From positions 120,001 through 152,000 of the forward strand of contig NC_017080.1 in NCBI RefSeq assembly GCF_000284115.1: a DNA stretch of 32,000 nucleotides, read 5' to 3'. The notes under the pieces are model-generated. The model was not told where the DNA came from and made no database searches. It saw only the letters and a program-made list of their open reading frames with translations. Source of the stretch: Phycisphaera mikurensis NBRC 102666. GTDB lineage: Bacteria; Planctomycetota; Phycisphaerae; Phycisphaerales; Phycisphaeraceae. A program made the position numbers and the translations under genes. This document shows positions 11,263 through 19,884 of this stretch, piece by piece. The number at the start of each line of letters is the position of its first letter. The first letter of the stretch is position 1.

Positions 11263-11733
11263 ATGACCCAGAACGCCGAGACGAAGGACGAGGCGGCGAC
11301 CGACCCGCTCGCGAAGCTCCGGGAGCAGTCCCAGGAGCCTTCCTATCTCTCCAAGCTGCGGGACCAGCGGACGCACGCGATCCTCGGCTCGGCCACGCGG
11401 GTGCACCAGACGCTGGGCCCGGGCTTCTCCGCCGCCGTCTACCGCGAGGCCCTCGCGATCGAGTTCGAGGGCCAGGCGATCCCGTTCATTGCCGAGCCGG
11501 AGCTGCCGATCCGCTACCGCGGGCGGACGCTGGGCGCCACGCACCGGGCGGCCTTCCTGTGCCACCAGCGGATCCTGCTGGAGGTCAAGGCCGAGGCGCG
11601 CACGCAGGCCTCCGCCGAGAGCCACGTGCTCAACTACCTCAAGAGCACGGGCTTCCCGCTGGGGCTGGCACTGAACTTCGGGGCCGATCGCTTTGAGTAC
11701 CGGCTGCTGATCAACGCGACGGACAGCCGGTAG
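11263..11733 (+). CDS. GxxExxY family protein (degenerate signature)
   Basis: 156 aa; ILGSATRVHQTLGPGFSAAVYREALAIEFEGQAIPFIAEPELPIRYRGRTLG...LLEVKAEARTQASAESHVLNYLKSTGFPLGLALNFGADRFEYRLLIN matches the family layout. Confidence 0.85.
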   Translation: MTQNAETKDEAATDPLAKLREQSQEPSYLSKLRDQRTHAILGSATRVHQTLGPGFSAAVYREALAIEFEGQAIPFIAEPELPIRYRGRTLGATHRAAFLCHQRILLEVKAEARTQASAESHVLNYLKSTGFPLGLALNFGADRFEYRLLINATDSR

Positions 11734-11895
11734 GAACGCCCGCAACGGGCCCGCGGGCCCGAGAGCCTGCGCCCTGCGCATCGGCGGCGCCGCTCGCTTC
11801 GGCGGTCCACCTTCTGCCCATCCCTCCGAGAACGGCGGGTGCCCGGGTGCCACGCATCCGGGTCCTTTGACGAGATCCGGAGGAGGTCGGGCGCT

Positions 11896-12732
11896 TCAGC
11901 GTCGGGCGGCGGTTGCCGCACCCGCGGCCGTCGCCGCCCCGGGGGGCGGCGAGCCGGTGCCGAGCACGTACCGCATCGTGGGCAGCTCCCGGTCCAGCAG
12001 GGCCCGCGCGTAGCTGCACATCAGCCGGTTCGCCCGGGCGAGGTCCGCCCCCGGGAGCCCGCGGACCGCGGCTTGCTCGGCCCGTTCGGCGACGCGGTCC
12101 GCGGGGCGGGCGTCCTCCGCGGCGGCCGCGAGCGCGGCGCGCGTCGACGGCCGGACCCGCCACGCGGCGGGGCCCGGATCGGCGGTGAAGCCGCCGGCGG
12201 CGGGGTCGAAGGTGGCCGGCGCGGCGGCGTCCAGCGGGGCGTCGCGGTGCACGTCGCGGCCGAGCTCGGGGCGGTAGCCCAGCTCGGTGAAGAAGGACCA
12301 GTGGTAGCCCAGCAGCGCCGCCTGGGGGTCGGCGGCGGGCCCGGCGAGCGCGTCGAGCAGCGTCGCGAGGGCATCGAAGAGCCCGGGGTGCGGGTCGAGT
12401 TCGGCGAGCAGGGCATCGGCGAGCTGGGCGGCGTAGCAGCCCAGGCGGAGACGCTCCAGCGAGGCCCGCAGGCCGTGCCGCGGCCGCTGCAGGTCCCAGC
12501 CGGTCACCGCGGCGAGCTCCCAGGCCGGGCGGGTCGTGGCGGTCGCGGTGCCCCCGGTGAGCGGCTCGAAGCCGCCGGTGAAGCGGGCGACCGCGCCCGG
12601 CGAGCTCCGCAGGCAGCCCTTGGCCAGGCCCCGCAGCTTGCCGCGCTCGCGGCAGAGCAGCGTGACGACCTGGCTCGTCTCGCTGTACGGAAACCGGGCG
12701 AGGCACGTGGCGGTGTCGGTGAAGCGCGGCAC
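11896..12732 (-). CDS. recO: DNA repair protein RecO
   Basis: 278 aa; DTATCLARFPYSETSQVVTLLCRERGKLRGLAKGCLR N-terminal OB-fold signature and FFTELGYRPEL...PLDAAAPATFDPAAGGF mid-region. Confidence 0.88.
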   Translation of the reverse strand: MPRFTDTATCLARFPYSETSQVVTLLCRERGKLRGLAKGCLRSSPGAVARFTGGFEPLTGGTATATTRPAWELAAVTGWDLQRPRHGLRASLERLRLGCYAAQLADALLAELDPHPGLFDALATLLDALAGPAADPQAALLGYHWSFFTELGYRPELGRDVHRDAPLDAAAPATFDPAAGGFTADPGPAAWRVRPSTRAALAAAAEDARPADRVAERAEQAAVRGLPGADLARANRLMCSYARALLDRELPTMRYVLGTGSPPPGAATAAGAATAARR

Positions 12733-12835
12733 GGGGACCCGACGCTAGAGCATCGTGCTCGGTTTTCACTCCGGCCTGCGTGCGCGGGAGCGGCCTGCAA
12801 GCTGCGCACGGGGCGCCGGCGGGCCGCTGCCCGCT

Positions 12836-13144
12836 TCAGAGGCTTTCCAGCAGCTCCCGCAGCTCCCCGGCCGCTTTGGCGTTCCCGTCCGCTTCGGCCC
12901 GCTCCAGGCCCGCCCGCGCCGCCGCCACCGCCTCGTCTTCCTCCCCCTCCTCCGAGAGCACCCGCGCCTTCTGAAACCAGGCGTAGTGGTGCGACGGGTC
13001 GACCTCCAGCGCCTTGTCCAGCCAGGCGAGGGCCTCCGCGTTCGCCCCGGCCTTCGCATGCTCCAGGCCGATCATGTACGGCAGGTCGCGGTCGGCGGGG
13101 TCGTCCGCGTGCAGGCGGAGGAGGGTGTCGAGTCGGTCGGCCAT
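12836..13144 (-). CDS. small TPR-repeat protein
   Basis: MADRLDTLLRLHADDPADRDLPYMIGLEHAKAGANAEALAWLDKALEVDPSHHYAWFQKARVLSEEGEEDEAVAAARAGLERA; two TPR-like motifs; ATG at 13144. Confidence 0.8.
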   Translation of the reverse strand: MADRLDTLLRLHADDPADRDLPYMIGLEHAKAGANAEALAWLDKALEVDPSHHYAWFQKARVLSEEGEEDEAVAAARAGLERAEADGNAKAAGELRELLESL

Positions 13145-13237
13145 CGCCCGAAGGTAGCGCAACCCAGGCCCGCCGGAGCGACCCGGAACCGGCGCGGCCC
13201 CCCGTCGGCGCGGGCCTGGCGCCTAGACCCACCCCCG

Positions 13238-14773
13238 ATGAGCGACAACGCCCCGCCCTCGGTCATGCTCCAGGCCTTCACGTGGCGGACGCCCGCCGAC
13301 GGCGGGTTCTGGGAACGCCTCGGCAAGCAGGGCCGCCACCTGGCCGAGATCGGCTTCACGCACGTGTGGTGCCCGCCCCCGTGCAAGGGCGGCGGCGGCG
13401 CCGCGGACCGCGGCTACGGCCTGTACGACCTCTACGACCTCGGCGAGTTCGACCAGAAAGGCGCCGTCCGCACGCGTTACGGGACGAAGGAGGCGTTGGT
13501 CGCGGCCGTGGCGGCGCTCAAGGAGGCGGGGCTCGAGCCGATCGCCGACGTCGTGCTCAACCACCGGATGGGGGCCGACGAGCAGGAGAGCTTCGAGGTT
13601 CAGGAGGTGGATCCCAGCAACCGCCTCGAGAACATCGGCGAGCCCTTCGAGCTGACCGCCTGGACGGGGTACACCTTCCCGGGACGGCTGCGGGAGCCGG
13701 GCGACCCCAATGACTTCCGCTGGCGTTGGCACCACTTCACCGCCGTCGACCAGGCGCCCGAGGGCGACGAGTCGGACCGGCCGCGGCTGTTCCGCATCGC
13801 CGACCGCGGCTGGGAGCCGGAGGTCGACGACGAGAACGGCAACGCCGACTTCCTGATGGGCTGCGACGTGAACCTCGACCAGGACGACGTCCGGGCCGAG
13901 CTGTTCCGCTGGGGGGATTGGTTCCTGGCCGAGACCGGCTTCTCGGGCTTCCGCTTCGATGCGGCCAAGCACATGAGCCGGCGCTTCCTCCGCGACTTCC
14001 TCGGCCACGTCCGCGCCCCCCGCGGCGAAGACCACCCCGGCGGCGGGCACTTCGCGGTGAGCGAGTACGGCAGCGGCGACCCCGCCGCGATCCGCGCCTT
14101 CCTCGACGCGACCGGCGGGGCGACGCAGGCCTTCGACTTCCCGCTGCACTACGCCTTCGCGGCGGCGGGCGCGGCCATGAACGGGCAAGGCGAGCTCGAC
14201 CTGCGCGGTCTCTTCGACGGCGCCGTCGTCCAGACCCACCCCGACCTCGCGGTCACCTTCGTCGACAACCACGACTCCGACCCGGCGCAGGAGGTGGGCG
14301 GGTGGGTGGACGACGCCTTCAAGCCGCACGCCTACGCCGCGATCCTGCTGCGGGCCGGCGGGATGCCTTGCGTCTTCGGCGGCGACCTGGACTTCCTCCG
14401 TGGCGGCGTGGGCCTGCCGGGGAACGAGGGCGACGCGGCGCCGGACTGCCCGCCGCTGACCGATCACGGCGTCGTGATCCGCCGGCTGATGGACGCCCGG
14501 CGGGGCTTCGCCTTCGGCGAGCAGGAGGAGGTCGCGGTGGAGGCCGGGCACCGCGCGTGGATCCGCCGCGGGACCGACGCGCACCCCGGGGTGATGGTGG
14601 TGGTGATCAACGCCGGCGACGACGACGTGACAATCGAGGCGGACACCCGCCGCGGCGGGCAGCTCTTCCGCGAGCTCGTCCGCCCGGACGCGGGCGAGGA
14701 GGTGACCGCGGGCGACGACGGGACCGCTGCGCTGCGGTGCCCCGCGCGCGACGTCGCGGTTTGGGTGTGCTGA
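13238..14773 (+). CDS. GH13 family alpha-amylase
   Basis: 511 aa from ATG 13238; VMLQAFTWRTPADGGFW, GFTHVWCPPP, EPIADVVLNHRM, TGFSGFRFDAAKHM, FVDNHDSDPAQE correspond to the conserved GH13 regions. Confidence 0.93.
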   Translation: MSDNAPPSVMLQAFTWRTPADGGFWERLGKQGRHLAEIGFTHVWCPPPCKGGGGAADRGYGLYDLYDLGEFDQKGAVRTRYGTKEALVAAVAALKEAGLEPIADVVLNHRMGADEQESFEVQEVDPSNRLENIGEPFELTAWTGYTFPGRLREPGDPNDFRWRWHHFTAVDQAPEGDESDRPRLFRIADRGWEPEVDDENGNADFLMGCDVNLDQDDVRAELFRWGDWFLAETGFSGFRFDAAKHMSRRFLRDFLGHVRAPRGEDHPGGGHFAVSEYGSGDPAAIRAFLDATGGATQAFDFPLHYAFAAAGAAMNGQGELDLRGLFDGAVVQTHPDLAVTFVDNHDSDPAQEVGGWVDDAFKPHAYAAILLRAGGMPCVFGGDLDFLRGGVGLPGNEGDAAPDCPPLTDHGVVIRRLMDARRGFAFGEQEEVAVEAGHRAWIRRGTDAHPGVMVVVINAGDDDVTIEADTRRGGQLFRELVRPDAGEEVTAGDDGTAALRCPARDVAVWVC

Positions 14774-14786
14774 GGCGGCCGGGCCG

Positions 14787-15047
14787 TCAGCGCTTCCCGG
14801 AGACCTTGTCCTTGACCTTCGGGGCGAACTGCGTCGCGAGCCAGATGAGCAGCGGGAAGACGATGAGGTCGTCGATCTGCCCCGCGATCGGCAGGAAGTC
14901 GGGCACGAGGTCCAGCGGCGAGAGCAGGTAGATCGCCGCGAGCACGCCGAAGAGGATCTTCGCCCACAGCGGCGTGGCGCCGCTCTTGAAGACGCGCCAG
15001 ACCTTGGCGAAGCGGGCGAGGGGGTTGAGTCGGTCGATGACGGCCAT
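14787..15047 (-). CDS. YkvA family (DUF1232) membrane protein
   Basis: 86 aa; AKILFGVLAAIYLLSPLDLVPDFLPIAGQIDDLIVFPLLI is the characteristic DUF1232 motif. Confidence 0.93.
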   Translation of the reverse strand: MAVIDRLNPLARFAKVWRVFKSGATPLWAKILFGVLAAIYLLSPLDLVPDFLPIAGQIDDLIVFPLLIWLATQFAPKVKDKVSGKR

Positions 15048-15171
15048 GGCCGACGCTAGGCCGCAGCCGGCCGCCCCGTGGGAGCGTCAACCGGCGGCGG
15101 CGTCGGCTCGCTCCCTGGGGCCGCGGGCCCCGTGCACCGGCCTCGCCGCCCGCCTCCGCTCCCGCTCCCGC

Positions 15172-15564
15172 TCAGCCCGCCGCCGCCTCGCGGATGCGGG
15201 CGGTGGCGACGTCGGTCCCCACGTCGTCCTTTCCGAAGCCGCGCCGGCCGCCGGCGGCCTCGGCCCGGGCCTGGCTCTCGGCGTAGTTCGACACCAGCAG
15301 CGCCCGCGTGCCGCCGTCCCGCCGGGCCTCCTGCTCGATGAGCTGCACGCCGTCGGTGGCGTCGAAGCGGCCGTCGAGCACGCGGTTCACCAGCAGCACG
15401 ACGCCGGGGCCCCGCTTCGCCGCCAGGGCGTCCTGGGTGTTGACGCGCTCGACGGTGGCCCCGGGCAGGGCCGCCTTTGCGGCGGCGGTGAGGCCGCCGG
15501 AATCGAAGCCGCAGTGGCCGACGAGGAGGACGGTGGGGGTTTCGTGCGGGTGGTTCTCGGGCAT
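15172..15564 (-). CDS. conserved hypothetical protein with possible receiver-like fold
   Basis: 130 aa from ATG 15564: MPENHPHETPTVLLVGHCGFDSGGLTAAAKAALPGATVERVNTQDALAA...GVVLLVNRVLDGRFDATDGVQLIEQ; alternating beta/alpha pattern. Confidence 0.6.
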   Translation of the reverse strand: MPENHPHETPTVLLVGHCGFDSGGLTAAAKAALPGATVERVNTQDALAAKRGPGVVLLVNRVLDGRFDATDGVQLIEQEARRDGGTRALLVSNYAESQARAEAAGGRRGFGKDDVGTDVATARIREAAAG

Positions 15565-15717
15565 GCGGGAGGCTACGGGTCCGCCCCCGCGGGGGGCTCT
15601 CGCCGCGGTGCCGGAAGCCTGAGCCGGGTCGCGGCCCCGACGCGGCGCGCCGCCCCGCTTCTTGGATGTCTCACCCCGACGCTGCTCCCCGGCCGCCCCC
15701 ACCGCCCTGCCGCCGCT

Positions 15718-16341
15718 TCAGGGCTCGACGAACGCCGGCTCCGGAAGCTCTTCCCCGTACCGGATCCGGACCCGCCGGTGCCCTTCGTGGTGCAGGTGCA
15801 GCACGTCCAGGGCCAGGACCTCCGCGGCGATGACCGCGAAGCGCCCGCGGCCCGCGAGCGTTTCCTCTGGCTCGGGCACCCGCCCGCGGACCGCGGGCGG
15901 CAGGTTCGGGCTCGGCCCGCCGTCCGCGGTGGCGACGCCCGGCGGGGCCGCAGCGAGGTAGCAGCGGCGGCTGGAGGCGCCCGTCGCCTCCCACTGGCGG
16001 TCGGCCAGCGCGTCGAACCGGTGGACCGTGACCCGGGTCGAGGCGCGGACCTGCACCTTCGCCGCCGCGTCGTAGAAGACCCAGGCGGCGGCGGGCCGCT
16101 CCAGCAGCCCGAGGACCTTCGGCGCGCGGGCGTCGCTGTGGCAAAGCAAGCGCCGGTCCGCCCGCGAGGCGCCTCGGAGCACGACGGTGCGGGCCGTGGG
16201 CCCGCCGCCGACGTCGAGCGTCGCCAGCACCGGCGTGTGGAAGGCGTGGCGGCCGCGCGCGGCGCCCTCCGCCAGGCGGTCCCAGGCGTCGTCGACGATG
16301 CCCGCGGCGTCTCCGAGGAAGCCCGGCCGTTTCTCGCTCAC
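15718..16341 (-). CDS. pyridoxamine 5'-phosphate oxidase-like FMN-binding protein
   Basis: 207 aa from GTG 16341; FHTPVLATLDVGGGPTARTVVLRGASRADRRLLCHSDARAPKVLGLLERPAAAWVFYDAAAKVQVRA resembles the PPOX split barrel. Confidence 0.75.
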   Translation of the reverse strand: MSEKRPGFLGDAAGIVDDAWDRLAEGAARGRHAFHTPVLATLDVGGGPTARTVVLRGASRADRRLLCHSDARAPKVLGLLERPAAAWVFYDAAAKVQVRASTRVTVHRFDALADRQWEATGASSRRCYLAAAPPGVATADGGPSPNLPPAVRGRVPEPEETLAGRGRFAVIAAEVLALDVLHLHHEGHRRVRIRYGEELPEPAFVEP

Positions 16342-16712
16342 GCCGCGGCCCGCTTGCGGGCGCGGCGTGCCGCGGCGAAGGACCGGATGCCCAGCACGAG
16401 GTACATCGTGCAGATGACGAACATCGCCAGCTGCGAGACCGTCGAGAGCGCCGTGCCGCCGTCGCTGCCGACCGTGTCGATCAGCTTCCACAGCGAGGCG
16501 ACCGCGCCCAGCAGCCCGAGGACCAGGGCGATGTGCACGGCCGCCGCCCGGGCCGCCGGCTTGAGCGCGACCAGCCCGCAGATCAGCAGCGGGACGCCCA
16601 GGAAGGCGGGGATCCACACGGTCGGGCTGCCGGAGCGGGAGATCGCGGCGGCGGCGGCCGCCAGGGCGACGAGCAGCGCGCCGGCGACGAGCGTGAGGGT
16701 GCGGACGGGCAT
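16338..16712 (-). CDS. small integral membrane protein, unknown function
   Basis: 124 aa from ATG 16712: MPVRTLTLVAGALLVALAAAAAAI...ALVLGLLGAVASLWKLID...LAMFVICTMYLVLGIRSF; stop overlaps the downstream GTG start (GTGA). Confidence 0.65.
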   Translation of the reverse strand: MPVRTLTLVAGALLVALAAAAAAISRSGSPTVWIPAFLGVPLLICGLVALKPAARAAAVHIALVLGLLGAVASLWKLIDTVGSDGGTALSTVSQLAMFVICTMYLVLGIRSFAAARRARKRAAA

Positions 16713-16979
16713 CGGCGAGGCTTCCAGGCGGTCGGGGTGAGGGAGCGTGGCCGCCGGCTCGCGGCGCGGCGGCCGGGGGCGCGGCGGGTCGGAGCGTAGG
16801 TCGATCGAACCCGTCCGCCGGGCCGGCCGTACCGCCCGCCGGCGACGCCGGGAGCCCGCGGGGCCGACGCCTCTACCCTCCCGCCCGGCCGGTTCCGGGC
16901 GTTCCGGCCGCCCGCGTCGCCGCGTCGCCGCGTCGCCGAAGTTCTGGATCCGCCCCCCGCCCACGCCCGGCCTCCCACC

Positions 16980-17930
16980 ATGAAGCTCTCCACCCGCGTC
17001 CTCCTCACCGCTCTCTCCGCTGGCACGCTCGCGCTCGCCGGCGTCCCCACGCCGCCCGCCGCGGCGCAGGAGGGATCCCCCGGCGACCCGCTCGCGGGCT
17101 TCCAGCTGCCGGTGGAGAGCCCGCCGCACGACTACGACGCCGGCCCCGACGCCGAGGGCTTCGAGAGCCTGGCGTCCCGCGTGAGCTACGCGATCGGCAT
17201 GAACATCGGCGCCGGGCTCGTGCGCGACTTCGACGAGATGGACGCCGAGCTCGATGCCGGCGGGCTCGTCAGCGGGATCGAGGAGGCCACCGCCGGCGAG
17301 GAGACCCGCCTGGACGAGGCGCAGGTCCAGTCGACGCTGCAGGCCTTCCAGCGGCAGATGGCCGAGCAGCAGATGGCCGCCGCGGCCGCCGCGGCCGAGG
17401 CGAACCGCGTGGAGGCCGAGGCCTTCTTCGCCCGCAACGCCGGCGAGGAGGGGGTCACCACCACCGACTCGGGCCTCCAGTACAGCCTCGAGACCCGCGG
17501 CGACGGCGAGGTCGCGCAGGAGGGCCAGACGGTGACGCTGCAGTACCGCGGCACGCTGCTCGACGGCACCGAGTTCGACTCTTCCTACGGCGGGCCCGAG
17601 CCGGCGTCCTTCCCGGTCGGCGCCGTGATCCCCGGCTTCAACGAGGCGCTCCTGCTGCTGCCGGTCGGGTCCAAGGGCACGATCTGGATCCCGGCGGACC
17701 TCGCCTACGGCGACACGCCCCCGCGCGGCAGCGTCATCGAGCCCGGCTCGCCGCTGGTCTTCGACCTGGAGATCCTCGGCCTCGAGGGCGAGGCGGACCC
17801 CGCGGCGGAGACCGAGGCCCGCGACGCCGCCGCCGGGGCCGCCGCGGCCGGAGGCACCCCGGATCCGGGGGCGGGCGACGAGGCGGAGGAGACGCTCAAC
17901 GCGGAGCATCGCGACGTCACCGCGCCCTGA
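16980..17930 (+). CDS. FKBP-type peptidyl-prolyl cis-trans isomerase, probably secreted
   Basis: 316 aa; N-terminal signal-like MKLSTRVLLTALSAGTLALAGVPTPPAAA, FKBP_N-like SRVSYAIGMNIGAGL, FKBP domain GQTVTLQYRGTLLDGTEFDSSYGGPEPASFPVGAVIPGFNEALLLLPVGSKGTIWIPADLAYG. Confidence 0.92.
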   Translation: MKLSTRVLLTALSAGTLALAGVPTPPAAAQEGSPGDPLAGFQLPVESPPHDYDAGPDAEGFESLASRVSYAIGMNIGAGLVRDFDEMDAELDAGGLVSGIEEATAGEETRLDEAQVQSTLQAFQRQMAEQQMAAAAAAAEANRVEAEAFFARNAGEEGVTTTDSGLQYSLETRGDGEVAQEGQTVTLQYRGTLLDGTEFDSSYGGPEPASFPVGAVIPGFNEALLLLPVGSKGTIWIPADLAYGDTPPRGSVIEPGSPLVFDLEILGLEGEADPAAETEARDAAAGAAAAGGTPDPGAGDEAEETLNAEHRDVTAP

Positions 17931-18187
17931 GCCCGCCGGCGGGTCCGGGAAGCCGACCACGCGGTCCGGCATCCGGCCATCTCCTTAGTTGGTTCCATCG
18001 AACGAAGCCTCTCAGGGGCCTCTGAGGCGGGTCGTCTCGCAATCGAATCGGGTGAAGACCTGGCGGCGGAGGATCGCAACCTCCGCTTCGCACAGGGTTT
18101 CTGACTGCCATCCCACACCGGGAGGTGAGGATCGGGCTAGCGTGCGTTGGGGGTTGTTCCGGCACGCCTTGACCACCAGGATCCAGA

Positions 18188-18907
18188 TTGACGTCCACCG
18201 CACCCGTTCGCATCCCCGGACCCGGCGTTCCCACCGGCGTGCGGCTCCAGTCGCTCTTCGAATCGGAGCCCGATCTCGGCGTGGTGCACCTCGACGCGGA
18301 CGACCGCATCGAGGCCGCCAACGCGGCGGCGCGGCGGATCTACCTGCACGAGGGGAGGGCGGACGAGGCGCTGGAGGGGCAGGCGCTCCGCTCGCTGTAC
18401 CCCGCTCCTTTCGCCGGCGAGGTGGATCGCTTCCGCGGGCTGCTGGCTCGGGAGGACCGGCCGCTCTTGATCCGCGGGATCTGGCGCGGGCACGGGGTCT
18501 ACACCTCCGTGCACCCGGCGCCCGGGGGCGGGTGCGTGCTGCTGGGTCGGCGCGGCGCCGTCTCGGGGCCCGAGGTCGCGCCCAGCCGCCACGTCCGGGT
18601 CGACGCCGAGGTGCTCGAGCTCGGGGAGCTGTCGGTGCTGACCCCCCGGGAGCTGGAGGTGCTCGCGCTGCTGGGCAGCGGCGGCACGCTCAAGGACGCC
18701 GCGGCGGACCTGCGGCGGTCGGTGAAGACCGTGGAGAGCCACCGCGACAACATCGCCCGCAAGCTGGGCCTTTCGCGGCGTGGCGAGCTGGTGCGGGTGG
18801 TGGAGCGGTCGGGGCTGCGTCCCGCCGACGTCGGCCGGTCCCGGCTGATCCTCGACCGCGCGGGCCCGCGGCCGGGCTCGCTTGGGGCATCATCGCAAAT
18901 TAGGTAA
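18188..18907 (+). CDS. LuxR-type HTH transcriptional regulator with PAS-like N-terminal domain
   Basis: 239 aa (TTG start, uncertain); N-terminal LFESEPDLGVVHLDADDRIEAANAAARRI PAS-like; C-terminal LSVLTPRELEVLALLGSGGTLKDAAADLRRSVKTVESHRDNIARKLGLSRRGELVRV LuxR HTH. Confidence 0.82.
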   Translation: MTSTAPVRIPGPGVPTGVRLQSLFESEPDLGVVHLDADDRIEAANAAARRIYLHEGRADEALEGQALRSLYPAPFAGEVDRFRGLLAREDRPLLIRGIWRGHGVYTSVHPAPGGGCVLLGRRGAVSGPEVAPSRHVRVDAEVLELGELSVLTPRELEVLALLGSGGTLKDAAADLRRSVKTVESHRDNIARKLGLSRRGELVRVVERSGLRPADVGRSRLILDRAGPRPGSLGASSQIR

Positions 18908-19224
18908 AACAGCTAGATGTTAACACGCCTGCGGCTCCTTATGCTGCGGGGCCGAGGAGGATGGATTCGATTCATTCGAAACGTCCTTCGCCCGAGATCC
19001 ACCGACCGGCCCGGCGGCCGGGCCCGCGATTCCCCCCCAGTCGCGGCGCCCGCCGCTGGGCCCTGCGCGTAACGCGCTCGCCCGCGCCGCCACGCTGGCG
19101 ACGCACGCGGAGGCCGGAAGCCCGGCGGGGCCGCCTCGCGCCGATCCGTCGCGGGCGGCCGCTCTCACCGCCTCCGGCAACACCCGTGGCCGGGGGCTGC
19201 CGCCGCCGGCCGTAGGCTGCCGCC

Positions 19225-19710
19225 ATGCTGGTCGGAAGCCTGAAGCCGGGGGATCACCGGGTCGCGATCGTCGCCGCGCGTTTCAACGATCTGATCGTGG
19301 ATCACATGCTCTCGGCGGCCCGGGAGGCGTGGGCGCAGCTCGGCGGCGATCCGGAGAAGCTGGTGGTCGCCCGGGTTCCCGGCTCGTTCGAGCTGCCGGT
19401 GGCGGCGCGGAAGCTCGCCGAGGCCGGAGACGCGGGCGGCGGCTTCGCCGCGGTCGTCTGCCTGGGCTGCGTGATCCGCGGCGAGACCGATCACTACGAC
19501 CACGTGGTGGAGCAGACGGCGCGGGGCATCAAGGACGTCAACGTGCAGACGGGCGTGCCGTGCGTGTTCGGCGTGCTCACCTGCGACACCCTGGAGCAGG
19601 CCCTGCACCGCGCCGGCGTGAAGCTCGGCAACGCCGGGCGCAACGCGGTGCACGTGGCGGTGGAGATGGCGAATCTGATGGTTTCGATCGATGCGAATGC
19701 GGAGCTCTGA
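19225..19710 (+). CDS. ribH: 6,7-dimethyl-8-ribityllumazine synthase
   Basis: 161 aa; VAIVAARFNDLIVDHML, VPGSFELPVAARKL, CLGCVIRGETDHYDHVVEQTARGI, VFGVLTCDTLEQA, GNAGRNAV. Confidence 0.96.
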   Translation: MLVGSLKPGDHRVAIVAARFNDLIVDHMLSAAREAWAQLGGDPEKLVVARVPGSFELPVAARKLAEAGDAGGGFAAVVCLGCVIRGETDHYDHVVEQTARGIKDVNVQTGVPCVFGVLTCDTLEQALHRAGVKLGNAGRNAVHVAVEMANLMVSIDANAEL

Positions 19711-19730
19711 GGGCTTCGGCCTCCGCGAAG

Positions 19731-19831
19731 CGCATCGATGCGACCGCCGGGCGAGGGCGCCTTATTCCAACGGGGGATGGAGCTTTAGGGAGGAGCTCCC
19801 AGGCGAAACGCCGGGCCACGAATCGGCGTTT
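19731..19831. repeat. intergenic cluster of short inverted repeats downstream of ribH
   Basis: CGCATCGATGCG perfect palindrome at 19731-19742; GGAGCT...AGCTCC around 19780-19800; AAACGCCG (19806-19813) with CGGCGTTT (19824-19831). Confidence 0.7.
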
Positions 19832-19884
19832 CCCGGTGCACTTCGGAGCGTCGCCCCGCTCCACGAACCCGAGACCGTTCCCCC

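Noticed and set aside
12755-13237. N-terminal extension of the alpha-amylase ORF
   Set aside because: The in-frame upstream region is antisense to the TPR gene. The natural start is ATG 13238, beginning MSDNAPPSVMLQAFTW.
18908-19224. FMN riboswitch upstream of ribH
   Set aside because: I looked for the conserved FMN-element segments in the roughly 317-bp gap and could not recognise them by eye. A covariance-model search with the Rfam FMN model would be decisive.
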